Virus record (IMG/VR): IMGVR_UViG_3300006737_000020
Span: 39,224 to 103,223 of that record
Strand: one strand, 5' to 3'
Length of the DNA stretch: 64,000 bases
From: a virus
This document shows positions 1 through 10,800 of the stretch, piece after piece (position 1 is the first letter of the stretch; each line of letters opens with the position of its first letter). The notes under the pieces were generated by a model, which saw only the letters and a list, made by a program, of their open reading frames with translations, made no database searches and was not told where the DNA came from. Made by a program: the position numbers and the translations under genes.

Positions 1-1
1 T

Positions 2-904
2 AAGATTATAATCACCTGTTTGTTCATCCATATAAGGAACTTTTTTCATTTTGTTCATTATTTGTTGCATATGTGAATCAACTTCATTTGGTGGTATATT
101 ACCTACATCAATTTTAAATATTCTTCTTTCTGGAGCTCTCATTATTCTATGTAACAACATTGCATCTTCCATAAGAGTTAATTGTTTGAATACTTTTCGT
201 GCACCTTCTAACATTGATTTACCATACGGTAAAAAGTTTGTATCTGACAATAATCTAAAATGTGCTACCTCAAATGGATCATATTCCATTTGTGAATTAC
301 CTCCTTGGCCAATATTACTCATTCCTTCATAATAAAATTTAACGGCATACGGATTTTTATCATCAAACTGCTCTTCACGTCTCATTTCATATGCAGACAT
401 TGGAACTACATTTACAATACCAATTTCTTCATCAATATCTAAATGTAAATAAAAGTCACCATATTTACATGCATTTCTAATCCAAGGCCATAAGTTATAT
501 TCTACATTTAATACATCATAAAATAAATTTCTTAATATTTTTCGTATATTATCATCAGATGATTTAATTGTTAAAGTATCACCATCAGCATCCTTCACTG
601 TACTTTCATCTGCATATATATCTAATGCTGAAGATATAATTGGGTCCATATCCATACCTTCATAATCTGTATATAATTCTACTCTATTTTGATGATAATT
701 TGCTGTATTATTATATGTGCTCCATCCTGGGTTTTTTGTATGAATTCCTGAAAACCGATCAATGTATTTTGTCTGTCTCATGTTACCCATTGATTGTAAC
801 TTATTTGAATCTACAACTTGTAGTCTCTTTTTACCAATTCTACGAACTATTACATTCGTTGAAAAAAGTCTTCTAAGTCTAGATCTTAATGATTTGTTTG
901 CCAT
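2..904 (-). CDS. Portal protein, T4 gp20-like (runs off the window edge)
   Basis: Not in the ORF track. Manual translation from ATG 904: MANKSLRSRLRRLFSTN...YEGMDMDPIISSALDIYADEST...LPYGKSMLEGARKVFKQLTLMEDAMLLHRIMRAPERRIFKIDVGN. These are gp20-family motifs, and the gene follows the terminase. Confidence 0.93.
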   Translation of the reverse strand, partial: MANKSLRSRLRRLFSTNVIVRRIGKKRLQVVDSNKLQSMGNMRQTKYIDRFSGIHTKNPGWSTYNNTANYHQNRVELYTDYEGMDMDPIISSALDIYADESTVKDADGDTLTIKSSDDNIRKILRNLFYDVLNVEYNLWPWIRNACKYGDFYLHLDIDEEIGIVNVVPMSAYEMRREEQFDDKNPYAVKFYYEGMSNIGQGGNSQMEYDPFEVAHFRLLSDTNFLPYGKSMLEGARKVFKQLTLMEDAMLLHRIMRAPERRIFKIDVGNIPPNEVDSHMQQIMNKMKKVPYMDEQTGDYNL

Positions 905-920
905 AATTTTCTACTTTTAT

Positions 921-928
921 ATAAATAT
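921..928 (-). promoter_or_regulatory. Putative late promoter ATATTTAT (portal); one of 15 intergenic copies
   Basis: Other copies start at 3969, 6443, 16853, 22071, 24251, 26440, 38301, 42263, 46657, 49157, 54512, 55888, 57749 and 62495, each upstream of a minus-strand start codon. Confidence 0.7.
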
Positions 929-935
929 GATTGTA

Positions 936-2519
936 CTATAAAAGCCAGGTTAAATCGTCGTTGTCTTTATCTCCACTCTTCCAATCCCATCCTGAACCTT
1001 TTAAGTCTGTTTTTGTTGAATATACTCCTTCTGATGTCTTTCCTATACCGCCTAATGATTTTCTATTTAAATCCATACCTTGTTGATGAAGTCTTAATGC
1101 TGTATCTCTCATCCATAATCCTGTTGCAAATGACATTACTAAATCATCATTATAGCCCCTTGCAGCTTCTGCTCTATGCCCTAACCAAATAAATGTAAAT
1201 AATTCATCTACTAATCTTTTTGAATGAACCAATGGTGTTTTATCTCTAAAATATGTTTCTAATTTAGATATTACTAATGGACGAGTTCTTGATGTCATTG
1301 AAAATCCAGGAACTTTTTGTGATTTCTTTTTTAAATCATATCCTTTCTTCAAGTGTATTTCCTCATCTAAGTATCCATCTTGTTTATAAGAATAGTATAG
1401 ATTTTGGTATCCTTTGTCTAATGCTACCTGAATGGATGCCCATCCTATATTTGCATTTTCAATAACTAGTAATGCATTATTATATTCTGTTGCAACTGAT
1501 ATTAACATATTACCATATTCGGTAGTTCCTATTTTACCTCTATATTCTGCAACTTGTTTACATTGTTCTGTATCAAATACATGGAATGCAGAGTAATCAG
1601 TTGAATCTCCTCTTGCAACGTCAGCTACAACCATATATGATTTTGAATAATTTGGATATTCCCATATCCAATAATTTCCATCCATTCCTCGCTTTTCAAT
1701 TGGATCTTTAACATATGTTTCCTGATACCATTGTAGTATTTCTCCATCTACTACTGTATGTCCAGATGATATAAAATCACAGTCACATTCTTGAGCGGCC
1801 ATTTTCTCACCTAACAATTCTGTTTGTTTATCTCGCCAAGCTTGATCTCTATCTGGATGTACTGTCCAATGTAATGATATATTATTAAATTCTCCGCCTG
1901 CAGTTGCTTCTACCCATTGTTTATGAAACCAATTACCAACTCCATTAGGTGTAGATAATGCAATACAATCTCCACCAGTTGCTAATGTTTGTTGAGCGGC
2001 TGTCCATATATCATCAATTTTATCAATAAATGCTGCTTCATCAAATATCAATAATGATAATGCTTCAGATCTACCTGCATCACCTTTTGATGATATGGCC
2101 TTTATTTGCGACCCATTACTTAATCTTAATGAAAGTTTATTATCTTCAGCAACTGCCCCCTTTAACCATTTAGGTAAGTTTTCATGCATTACTCTAACCT
2201 TTGTTACAAGGTTCTTTGCAACATCTTGTTTAGTTGCAATTACTAGACAGTTAAAATCTGCCTTAAATAACATTTTCCATAATGCATATCCGGCTGTTAA
2301 AGTTGAAATTCCTAACTGTCTAGACTTAAGAATAATATTATATCTATTTTGAGATATCTGTGTTAATGATTCTTCTTGGAATGGATACAGATTAAAATAT
2401 ATTTTTCCTTGAGTAGGATGTTGAATTATACAGTATTTACGCATAAAGTGTATAGGATCTTGTACACACTTCTTATATTCATCGCGTATGATTTCTTTTA
2501 ATGTTTTCTTTACTGACAT
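936..2519 (-). CDS. terL: Terminase large subunit (T4 gp17-like)
   Basis: LYPFQ Q-motif, KSRQLGIST Walker A, LLIFDEAAF Walker B, STPNG coupling motif, nuclease acidic motifs VADVARG and NDDLVMS. Confidence 0.95.
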   Translation of the reverse strand: MSVKKTLKEIIRDEYKKCVQDPIHFMRKYCIIQHPTQGKIYFNLYPFQEESLTQISQNRYNIILKSRQLGISTLTAGYALWKMLFKADFNCLVIATKQDVAKNLVTKVRVMHENLPKWLKGAVAEDNKLSLRLSNGSQIKAISSKGDAGRSEALSLLIFDEAAFIDKIDDIWTAAQQTLATGGDCIALSTPNGVGNWFHKQWVEATAGGEFNNISLHWTVHPDRDQAWRDKQTELLGEKMAAQECDCDFISSGHTVVDGEILQWYQETYVKDPIEKRGMDGNYWIWEYPNYSKSYMVVADVARGDSTDYSAFHVFDTEQCKQVAEYRGKIGTTEYGNMLISVATEYNNALLVIENANIGWASIQVALDKGYQNLYYSYKQDGYLDEEIHLKKGYDLKKKSQKVPGFSMTSRTRPLVISKLETYFRDKTPLVHSKRLVDELFTFIWLGHRAEAARGYNDDLVMSFATGLWMRDTALRLHQQGMDLNRKSLGGIGKTSEGVYSTKTDLKGSGWDWKSGDKDNDDLTWLL

Positions 2520-2526
2520 AGTATTT

Positions 2527-2557
2527 TAATATAATAAATTATCTACAGAAAAACAAG
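2527..2557 (-). promoter_or_regulatory. Host-type promoter upstream of terminase
   Basis: CTTG-N20-TATATTA. Confidence 0.6.
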
Positions 2558-2568
2558 AAAAAGAATGA

Positions 2569-2967
2569 TTATTTTTTCTTTGTCTTTTCAAGTGATCTAC
2601 CACCAAAATAAGCACCAATTACTGTAATAAGTACTAATTGTAAAAGGTCCGTCCATTTATCTTCTACTACAAATTTAATTGTTCCTGCATCAATAAAAAT
2701 TAATAATACTGTACATACTACTAAAAATATTAATACTAATGGTCTTACATTTTTACTTAACCAAGAATCTGAATTCATATCAGCTGACCATCTGTCTGTG
2801 ATATTCTTTTCCATTGCCGCCTCATGGTTGGCAATTAATTCTTTCATTTTTCTTTTTGCTTCTAATTTTTCTTCTTTCGAGGTTGTTAGATTATCAAGTA
2901 CACCACCAACTGATTCTACTAGTTCTCCGGCTCCACCTGAAAATAATTTTCCTAATCCAAATCCCAT
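2569..2967 (-). CDS. Holin-like membrane protein (GTA 3TM holin family)
   Basis: SDSWLSKNVRP motif, two hydrophobic helices, YFGGRS and a basic C-terminus. Confidence 0.7.
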   Translation of the reverse strand: MGFGLGKLFSGGAGELVESVGGVLDNLTTSKEEKLEAKRKMKELIANHEAAMEKNITDRWSADMNSDSWLSKNVRPLVLIFLVVCTVLLIFIDAGTIKFVVEDKWTDLLQLVLITVIGAYFGGRSLEKTKKK

Positions 2968-2971
2968 AATG

Positions 2972-3619
2972 TTATTCTCCTTTTAATTCTGATAATATTT
3001 GTTCTTTATATTCTTTATATTTTTGCAATACAGTTTCTTTAAATTTTTCTTTACTCATTGCAGCATCAAACGTTTCAATATCTCCATCAGCATTTTGTAC
3101 TTGTCGAATAGCTTCTGTCATCATCTTTTCTAATCCTTTAACATCTTCATCAGCATCTTTAAAGAACGATTCAGCATTTTTTAACATTCTATCACGTTTG
3201 TAATTTTCCCATGCATCTTTATCATTCCTCAGGTTAGTTTCAAATTTAACAACACAATCAAAACATTGTTTATGTGTTATCCAAAACTTTTCATTTAATC
3301 GTTTTTCTGATGTATGAGTATTCTTTCCACAGTTTGGACAAGTATCTGGCATTTGAAATTGTTTTTGTACTTGTCTTACTAAATAACCATTTTCGGATTC
3401 ACGTGATTTAAATCCATTATTTTGAGTAACTCGAGTTCTATTTCCATTTGGATCTGTTTCAATCCAAATCTTAGGTTTTCCGTCTTCAAATTGTTCAATA
3501 ACATCTTCCTTTTTTATTTCAGATTTTGTATTTCCAAAATAATGAGACTTTCTTGTTTGTGATTTATGCGTTCCAGATAACATATCTTGGATCGCCTTCA
3601 CGTTCTTTAACTTACTCAT
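2972..3619 (-). CDS. Hypothetical protein with putative Zn finger
   Basis: CPNC...CFDC pairs; packed in the minus-strand operon. Confidence 0.6.
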   Translation of the reverse strand: MSKLKNVKAIQDMLSGTHKSQTRKSHYFGNTKSEIKKEDVIEQFEDGKPKIWIETDPNGNRTRVTQNNGFKSRESENGYLVRQVQKQFQMPDTCPNCGKNTHTSEKRLNEKFWITHKQCFDCVVKFETNLRNDKDAWENYKRDRMLKNAESFFKDADEDVKGLEKMMTEAIRQVQNADGDIETFDAAMSKEKFKETVLQKYKEYKEQILSELKGE

Positions 3620-3636
3620 ATAACCTTTTTTTTTAA

Positions 3637-3948
3637 TTAAACTTCTTGATCCCTACCAGATCTTTTTGCAGCTGCTTTCATCTTTACCAATTGACTTCTT
3701 AGTTGAGCCACTTTATTAATTGGTAAACCTACTTCATCTGCAAATCTTGCAATGGCTTGAGCTTTTTCAATATCTGTTTTCAACATATTTAAAAATCTAG
3801 ATAATCCTTTTCTTTCTAAATATTGAAAAATTCTAGACACTTTTTGTCTTTCAGATCCACCTAAACCAGAACCATACTTTGATGGAGCTTCTTTAAGTGT
3901 TCTACGAATTTCAGTTCTTATTGCTTTTCTTAAATTTTCTTCGTTCAT
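3637..3948 (-). CDS. Small basic protein with IRxE...LKE leader (putative head-internal protein)
   Basis: MNEENLRKAIRTEIRRTLKE leader; preceded by the ATATTTAT motif and AGGGA. Confidence 0.6.
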   Translation of the reverse strand: MNEENLRKAIRTEIRRTLKEAPSKYGSGLGGSERQKVSRIFQYLERKGLSRFLNMLKTDIEKAQAIARFADEVGLPINKVAQLRSQLVKMKAAAKRSGRDQEV

Positions 3949-3977
3949 GGTTATTCCCTATTTTTTATATAAATATG

Positions 3978-6437
3978 CTACTTATCGCCAAGTCCGCCTA
4001 TTCCTAACAATTGATTGATAGGAGCAAATAAACCTGTTAATTTATATGTTTTTCCTTTATATACAAATACTATACCCTCTGTTGGCACTAATTTTTCAAA
4101 TCCACCTAAATCTTCAATACGTTTTAATTCAAACTTTAATTTGTCAAGTGACGCTAAATCCTTAGATTTCTGTATGACTTTGATTTTTGCAGCTATCCGC
4201 CTTTTCATATCCTTTATTGCATCTGTAGGAACAATTGATAAATAATCTGATATATTATGTAGTATTTCAACTCCTAATTCTAAAAAGATTTTTTCAAAAT
4301 TATATACATTTTGTTTGTTTTGTTGTTTAAAATTTTGTTTATCAAATTCTTTAGCTTTTTGTAATATTTCTGGATCAGGTATATTTTTTGAATTCATTCT
4401 AAATGATTTATCAAAATATGCCCATCTTTTTAATAATCCTAATTTTATATCATCTGTTGCATTAGGTATTATTTGATTTATTCTTACTTCCCACCATTTT
4501 TGATGCCACATTTTTAATTCATCTGAATCCTTTAATTTGAATTGAGATTGTAAGGATGTTACTTGATCTATAAAATATTTTTCCTTTTCTTCAAAATCAG
4601 GTAATTGTTTTGTAGTTAGAATTTTAGGTGGAATTATTTCAAATCGCTTTTGTATATTTGCATTAACATTGGCTATTGTTTTTTGTAATAATGGTGCATA
4701 TTCAGGATATGAATCAACTTTAACTGCTAATTCTAAATCATATTCATCTACTCCATGAAATTGTATATATGCCTTTGGTCCATACATTATAACATTTTGA
4801 GTTCCTGGGTATATAATTTCCATGTTTAAAAATCTTGAACCGTTTTGAAATATTTCAAATAATTTATCTTTTGGTACTCTTAATAATGCGCGTTCTAAAT
4901 CTTCCATTGCAAATGTAAAAGCTTTTTCTATTTCACCTCTACCTGCAAATTTCATTCTAACAGCATCAATATCCATTGGATTCTTAATTGTAGTTTTGTT
5001 TCTTGCTGCTCCAAGTTTACCATCTTTAAAAGTAACTAATAAATTTTGTCCGTCTGTTTTTTCTTGAACTCCAGATTCAATATTTAATTTACCTTCTAAT
5101 GATAATCGTATCATTTGTTTCATATCCGCAAATGTAATATCTCTATCATCAAATGGATGATTCATGTGTCCGGCTGCTCCACCCTCTGTTAATAACTGTA
5201 ATGCAATTGATTCTCCTAATGATTTAGGTTTTGGTTCTTGTGGCATAATTCTAAATCTTGCTGCAGACCTACCATTAATTAATAAGTCTCCTTTATCATT
5301 AAAATTAATTGTTTTCACTACTACCTTTTTATTTTTAAATCTACCCATCATAATTGTATCGCCGATATTGATTGGTAAATTAATATCTTCTTTTAATGTA
5401 GTTGGCACTAATATCTCTCCTTTACTTGATTCAATAGAATCTTCTGCTCCTAAAAAATCTAAAAATTTATATCCTACAGATTGAGCAATATTTGAAATAT
5501 AACTCTTCCATTTTGAATACCCAGGCCTTCCTTTGTAATCTTTAATATAATCTGTACCAGAAAACTCTCCTCCCTTGACACCTGTTGGAAAGTATGATAC
5601 TGTCAATGGTGGTCCATCTGGAAAATTTGTATTATGAACTTCAATAGGATTATCCTTTACAATATAATTTATAACTTCATATCCTAAACGTTTTGCCATG
5701 GCATCTGTTTTCTTTCTATATGTATTCTGATTTCCATAAAAGTATCTTGGTCCATCATCTACATCAGCTTTACCTTGGCCTGTAACATTACTTCCTTCTT
5801 TAACTATAAATGATTCCATTATTGCAGAAAACTTTTTTCTTAATAACTGATATATTTTTGGATCATACCAGCCCATTATATTTTTAAATGTTTTCATGTC
5901 TGCGGTTGCCAATGCGGCTCTAATTGTTGTACCTGACATTTCACCAAATCCTGGTACTTTTAACTCTATATGCGGTGATATAACAACGTATCCATGTTTA
6001 TCATATCCTTTTAGATTTGATTTAGACTTTGCAAAATCCTGGAAATAACCAGGTGAACCATCTTTTTTTGTATATCTTAATCTTCCTGCATCTTTTTTTC
6101 CATATACAAATACCACTGCAGTAGTTTCAGGATTATATTTTTTTAATATATTTTCTGGAGCATAAACATTTTTTTCTTGAGAAACATTTGTTATTCCATG
6201 TTTTCTAATTACCTGAACCTTTTCTCGAAAGTTTAATGGAGATTTTGGCAATGCAACTTTATCTGATGTTGCAATATATGTATTTTGTTTTCCAAATTGT
6301 TTTGCTAACCAGTCATATACTTTTGCATGATGTTGACCCATTGGTTGAAATCTACCTGGATATATTGCCACTACGGTTTTAATCGGAGAATCCATTTCCG
6401 TTAATAAATTGTCTACTATTTGTTCACCTAAATTCAT
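3978..6437 (-). CDS. Multi-domain protein: N-terminal cytidylyltransferase-like domain, two small domains, C-terminal KxDG ligase-like nucleotidyltransferase domain (DUF6267-like)
   Basis: YPGRFQPMGQHH and MSGTTIR (HIGH-superfamily motifs); GGAAGHMNHPFD, EKTDGQNL, EGIVF, YKLTG (ligase-superfamily-like motifs). Confidence 0.7.
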   Translation of the reverse strand: MNLGEQIVDNLLTEMDSPIKTVVAIYPGRFQPMGQHHAKVYDWLAKQFGKQNTYIATSDKVALPKSPLNFREKVQVIRKHGITNVSQEKNVYAPENILKKYNPETTAVVFVYGKKDAGRLRYTKKDGSPGYFQDFAKSKSNLKGYDKHGYVVISPHIELKVPGFGEMSGTTIRAALATADMKTFKNIMGWYDPKIYQLLRKKFSAIMESFIVKEGSNVTGQGKADVDDGPRYFYGNQNTYRKKTDAMAKRLGYEVINYIVKDNPIEVHNTNFPDGPPLTVSYFPTGVKGGEFSGTDYIKDYKGRPGYSKWKSYISNIAQSVGYKFLDFLGAEDSIESSKGEILVPTTLKEDINLPINIGDTIMMGRFKNKKVVVKTINFNDKGDLLINGRSAARFRIMPQEPKPKSLGESIALQLLTEGGAAGHMNHPFDDRDITFADMKQMIRLSLEGKLNIESGVQEKTDGQNLLVTFKDGKLGAARNKTTIKNPMDIDAVRMKFAGRGEIEKAFTFAMEDLERALLRVPKDKLFEIFQNGSRFLNMEIIYPGTQNVIMYGPKAYIQFHGVDEYDLELAVKVDSYPEYAPLLQKTIANVNANIQKRFEIIPPKILTTKQLPDFEEKEKYFIDQVTSLQSQFKLKDSDELKMWHQKWWEVRINQIIPNATDDIKLGLLKRWAYFDKSFRMNSKNIPDPEILQKAKEFDKQNFKQQNKQNVYNFEKIFLELGVEILHNISDYLSIVPTDAIKDMKRRIAAKIKVIQKSKDLASLDKLKFELKRIEDLGGFEKLVPTEGIVFVYKGKTYKLTGLFAPINQLLGIGGLGDK

Positions 6438-6455
6438 TTTATATAAATATATAGA

Positions 6456-7847
6456 TTATGCGTTCTCTAATGATATTATTCTAGTTTTCAAGTCTTCTAT
6501 AATATCTTGTTGTTCTTTTATGGCCTCTGATAATATTGGGATCAAAGCAGAATAATTTATACTCTGTTTATTAGATATTATCGGATTTCCCATTTCTTCT
6601 GGTAATGCATTTCCATGTTGATCATGAGAACTTGTAAGATTACCGACCCACCAAGTTGTACCATCTTCTAAAAGACTTCCAGATTTATACAGTTTTACTT
6701 CTGTTGCTGTATTTACCACTCCTGGTAGTATAGGTTCTACTTCATCTGCTATATATCCATAACTTGCACTAACAGGTTTATTATATTTTATCCAATCAAA
6801 TGAAACTGCTTTTAATTGTTTTACAATAGATATTGCATCCATCGCAGAACCAGTTAAATATTTTATATTTGTTTTTAGTCTTCTATCAGAAGAACTATAT
6901 GAACCATGAATAGCAAAATCACCATCATTATCCATATTCCATCCTTCCCAGTCTGAACCATCATAATTTAACCATCTAGATTTTTGAGTATCTGTATTAT
7001 AACCATAAATAGCATATTGAGTGCTAATAGCATCTTCATCATATATTTTCCACCAAGCAGTATGTTCAGCTCTTACTTCAGTAGCTGCATAAGTTTCGTT
7101 ACCAGGTAATCCACCTGAGTCATCAGTTGTTTCAATTAATATCTTTGTTGCTCCAGTATCTTGGAAACCATCTGTTCCACCAGCGCCTGTACTTATATAC
7201 AATTTACCTTTAATTGCTAGATCTCCATCAGCTGACATTTGGCCAACCATTGTATCTCCATTTTCATATTGTCCTATTGTTACACTGCCATCATAATGAT
7301 TCCACTTACCATCTCTTCGAATTACTCTAACAGTATTATCTGTATTAGTATCATCATCCCAATCTTGTAATTGAAGAGATTTAATCTCTCGCAATTCACA
7401 ATCATTAAAATCGATATTATCATGAACACCAGCTGTACCAATAATATTATCTACTCTTAATGTATTATGAATCATTACGTCTTCATTTGAAGTATCAATA
7501 GTTAAAGCTAAGGTTGATCCTATATTAGAACTGTTTCCAATTGAAAATCTATTGGATTGGTCATTATCAGATCCTACTGACCAATATGCACTATCTGTTC
7601 TAAAACAAATTCCTGCGTCACCTGCTCCTGTGTTCCAACAAAATATAGTAGGTCCGTATTGAGTAGTACCGTTATTTGATTTAACCGTAAGTTGTGCATT
7701 ACTGGTGCCTTCTATATCTTCTATATGAACTTGGTTATGAAAATAATTCACATCTCCTACATTATCGGAAGATTCTAGTAACACAGGTGATCCTGCCGAG
7801 GCGGCGAATTTATATCTGTGTCCTGCTGTCATTGTTACTGTTGCCAT
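6456..7847 (-). CDS. Tail fibre/spike with C-terminal intramolecular chaperone (Peptidase S74)
   Basis: SSDRRLKTNI...YGYIADEV...INYSALIPILSEAIKEQQ followed by a coiled coil. Confidence 0.85.
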   Translation of the reverse strand: MATVTMTAGHRYKFAASAGSPVLLESSDNVGDVNYFHNQVHIEDIEGTSNAQLTVKSNNGTTQYGPTIFCWNTGAGDAGICFRTDSAYWSVGSDNDQSNRFSIGNSSNIGSTLALTIDTSNEDVMIHNTLRVDNIIGTAGVHDNIDFNDCELREIKSLQLQDWDDDTNTDNTVRVIRRDGKWNHYDGSVTIGQYENGDTMVGQMSADGDLAIKGKLYISTGAGGTDGFQDTGATKILIETTDDSGGLPGNETYAATEVRAEHTAWWKIYDEDAISTQYAIYGYNTDTQKSRWLNYDGSDWEGWNMDNDGDFAIHGSYSSSDRRLKTNIKYLTGSAMDAISIVKQLKAVSFDWIKYNKPVSASYGYIADEVEPILPGVVNTATEVKLYKSGSLLEDGTTWWVGNLTSSHDQHGNALPEEMGNPIISNKQSINYSALIPILSEAIKEQQDIIEDLKTRIISLENA

Positions 7848-7861
7848 TTTATTCTCCTATT

Positions 7862-10800
7862 CTAATCTCGTAAAGCGTTCATTTGTTGCATTGATGTACT
7901 AATACCATCATCAAATCCAGTTATAGCTACTATAACATCTATTAATATTTGCGATTCAACTTCGGTGCCATCATCAACTAAATCAAATCCTTTTATTAAT
8001 CCTGGGTCATGATCTAAAATCATATGCATAACTCTATCTCCTCCTTGTGATCCATCAAATACTAAATTAACTCCACCTGTAACAGCCCTTGTATAATCAG
8101 ACACGTTACCATTTGTCACTGTCACAACTTTGGTTGCAAAATTGGTTGCTACTGCAGAACCTGATAACAACATGCTTGATGCAGTTATTTGTCCATTTGC
8201 TTTCAAGAATGTTTGTCCTCCATCTCCTGAATTACTTGTAAGTTGTGTGCTATCAAATTGCCATCCTGCTATTTGATTGTCATCTGAACCTGCTGTTTCT
8301 CCTAGATGGAATATTGTCCCGCCGGCTCCATTACTTGTTTTTCCTTCAATACCCCATGTATCAACATCATGGTCTTGATACATTCTAACATAGTTGGAAG
8401 TACCTACTCCCGTTCCATCAGATGAAATTCTAATTTCTGTTTGTCCTGAATCTGCAGAACTTTGTCCCATCCATATCATTCCGCCTGCAGAGTCATACTT
8501 TATATAATTATTTGCAATCAACCAACCACCTATTTCACCTGCTGATGATGTGATAGCTCCACCTTTATCAACTTTGAAATTACCAGTATCTATTATATAA
8601 TGGCCTGCAGAATTAATAGTTAAGTTTGTTGCGGCCAAATCAAATGTTTCTGCTTTCATTGTTAATGCAGTTCCATCTTTCTTAAGATAATTATTTGCAT
8701 CTCCATATGCAAGGAAGTCACCAGTACCATCCATGTATATACCAGCATTTGTTCCTGCCACAGATGTGTTTGGAGTTGAACCTAATGCAATCTTACCTGA
8801 ATTGGTTCCACTATCTAATATCATAGTTGATGTTGCAAGATCAAATGTATTAGCTTTAATTTCAACTGATGTACCAGATGCATCAAATTTTACAAAGTTA
8901 GTTGAATTACCATATGCAAGGAAACTACCATCTCCGTCCATATAAATACCTTTATTGGTTCCGGCTACAGATGCATTTGGTGTAACACCTAATGTTAAAA
9001 TACCACTACCACTCAAGATGGCATTACCACCTTTTATTTTATCAGTTGATATTGTCCAACCACCTACAGTTCCATCATGAATAGATGGTTCTTTGTATGC
9101 ATATACTCGATCAACAATTAATGGATCTCCAGCTGCTATATCAGTCCAATTTAAAACAATTAATGAAGCCCATTTAGCTGTGCTAGTTGGTCTATATATA
9201 AATTCATAATCTGTAAATGAAGTTGCAACAGGTCCATTTTCAACACTTGTTCCAGCTATTCTTTCAAATTGGAATGAACCACTTGAATTTTGAGTTCCTT
9301 GCGTCACTTGCCTTGTAGCTTCTTGTACGCCAGCTTCTGAGATACTAGCATTATAAGATACATGAGTATCTCCAGAATCTAACTCAGAATCATATTCTTG
9401 CATTCTAATATAAAGTCCGGATGAATCAACTACTTCTCCTCGAAGCCTTACTTGTACTCGATATTCAGATCCAACTGATACATGAAAGGCTGGCCAGCCA
9501 GCGCCAATATGGGCATCACTATCATTAACAATTACTAGTTGTTGACTTGCTGCTAAACTTCCAGAAAAACTAATATTGGTTGCGGTTGCACCACCATACA
9601 CGGCTTTTACTCCGGCTGGTCTTCCATCAGGCGCAGCTAATTCAAAATTAGGATTATAAATTAAAGAACTTCCTTGAGTGGTTGAACCTGTCTGATTCAA
9701 TGTATTGGCTTCTGTTAAATCTGAAGTTCCAATAGTTACTGTTCCTGCAAATCCTGCATTACCTGTTGCTGTATCAACATAGAATTGTTTTGTATGAATT
9801 CCATCTGCACCAATGGTTATATCTGCATTGTTTGCGGCAAATCCAGAAGTGTCTTTTGTTCCAGAATATATTGCATCTTCTTCAATTGTAAAGCCTGCTA
9901 TTAATCCACCAGATGCTGATATTCCTCCTGATACAATTAAATCTGTTCCGTCAAATTCTAATGATGGATTTGTATCTCCACCCATTTTAAATGTGCCATC
10001 ATTAAGATTAAACTCAGATCCTACTTGGCCACCATCGGTCCAATTATTAGATTGCACTTTACCAGTTTTAACCATATCACCAGTTATTTTGGTAATACCT
10101 TGTTGATATGATTCTTGGTCTAAATCTTTCTTAAGTAGGAAGTCTAAACAACGTTCCAATGGTGTTTCTTTAATATAATTATATCTTGTAGTTGATATAA
10201 TTATTCTACCTCCTCTTGGATTAGTACCATAAAATGCTAAATAGGCTGCAGTTGTATTTGTAGCTATATTACCAGTATCTGATATTGTAGGTATCGAACC
10301 AGATATTGCAATTGGTGCATATGTAGAACCTCCTCCATCTGAATAAACTGTTATTGGAATATTACCTGTATCAGCAGGAGCCGAATCTGACCATACCGAC
10401 CAACCTTGACCGATTGGATCTGTTTCTTGCAATCCAGATCCTGTTGCTATATGACCGTTTTCATATGGATTTGATGCAACACCACTAGTATGCTGTTTAA
10501 TAGGATAATCAGTACCACCTGATCCGGTTACATCTGCACCTGCCATATTATTCGCTTGTACAAATACAGACTGTCCTTCATCAAATAGATTCATAACCAT
10601 CTGTTCTTTTTCTACATTCCATACTTCACCTGAAAATACATATAAATCATATCCTTGATCGTAACCTAAAATATCCGAAGGCGTAGTTGAACCTGTAGTT
10701 GTATTTTCAAAGTAATTTGTATATCCTAATGAACTTGAAATAACTCTACTACCTGGTGTAGGATCTGCTGAAGCTGATTCTATTAATGCAATTCTATAAT

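Noticed and set aside
2466-2519. Terminase N-terminus LKEIIRDE resembles the leader family
   Set aside because: No following L/I-x-E site, it runs straight into the conserved terminase start, and terminase is not an internal head protein.
8607-8992. Tail-fibre repeat as a diversity-generating retroelement template/variable pair
   Set aside because: Both copies are in-frame coding, differences are not adenine-specific, and no reverse transcriptase is present in the window.
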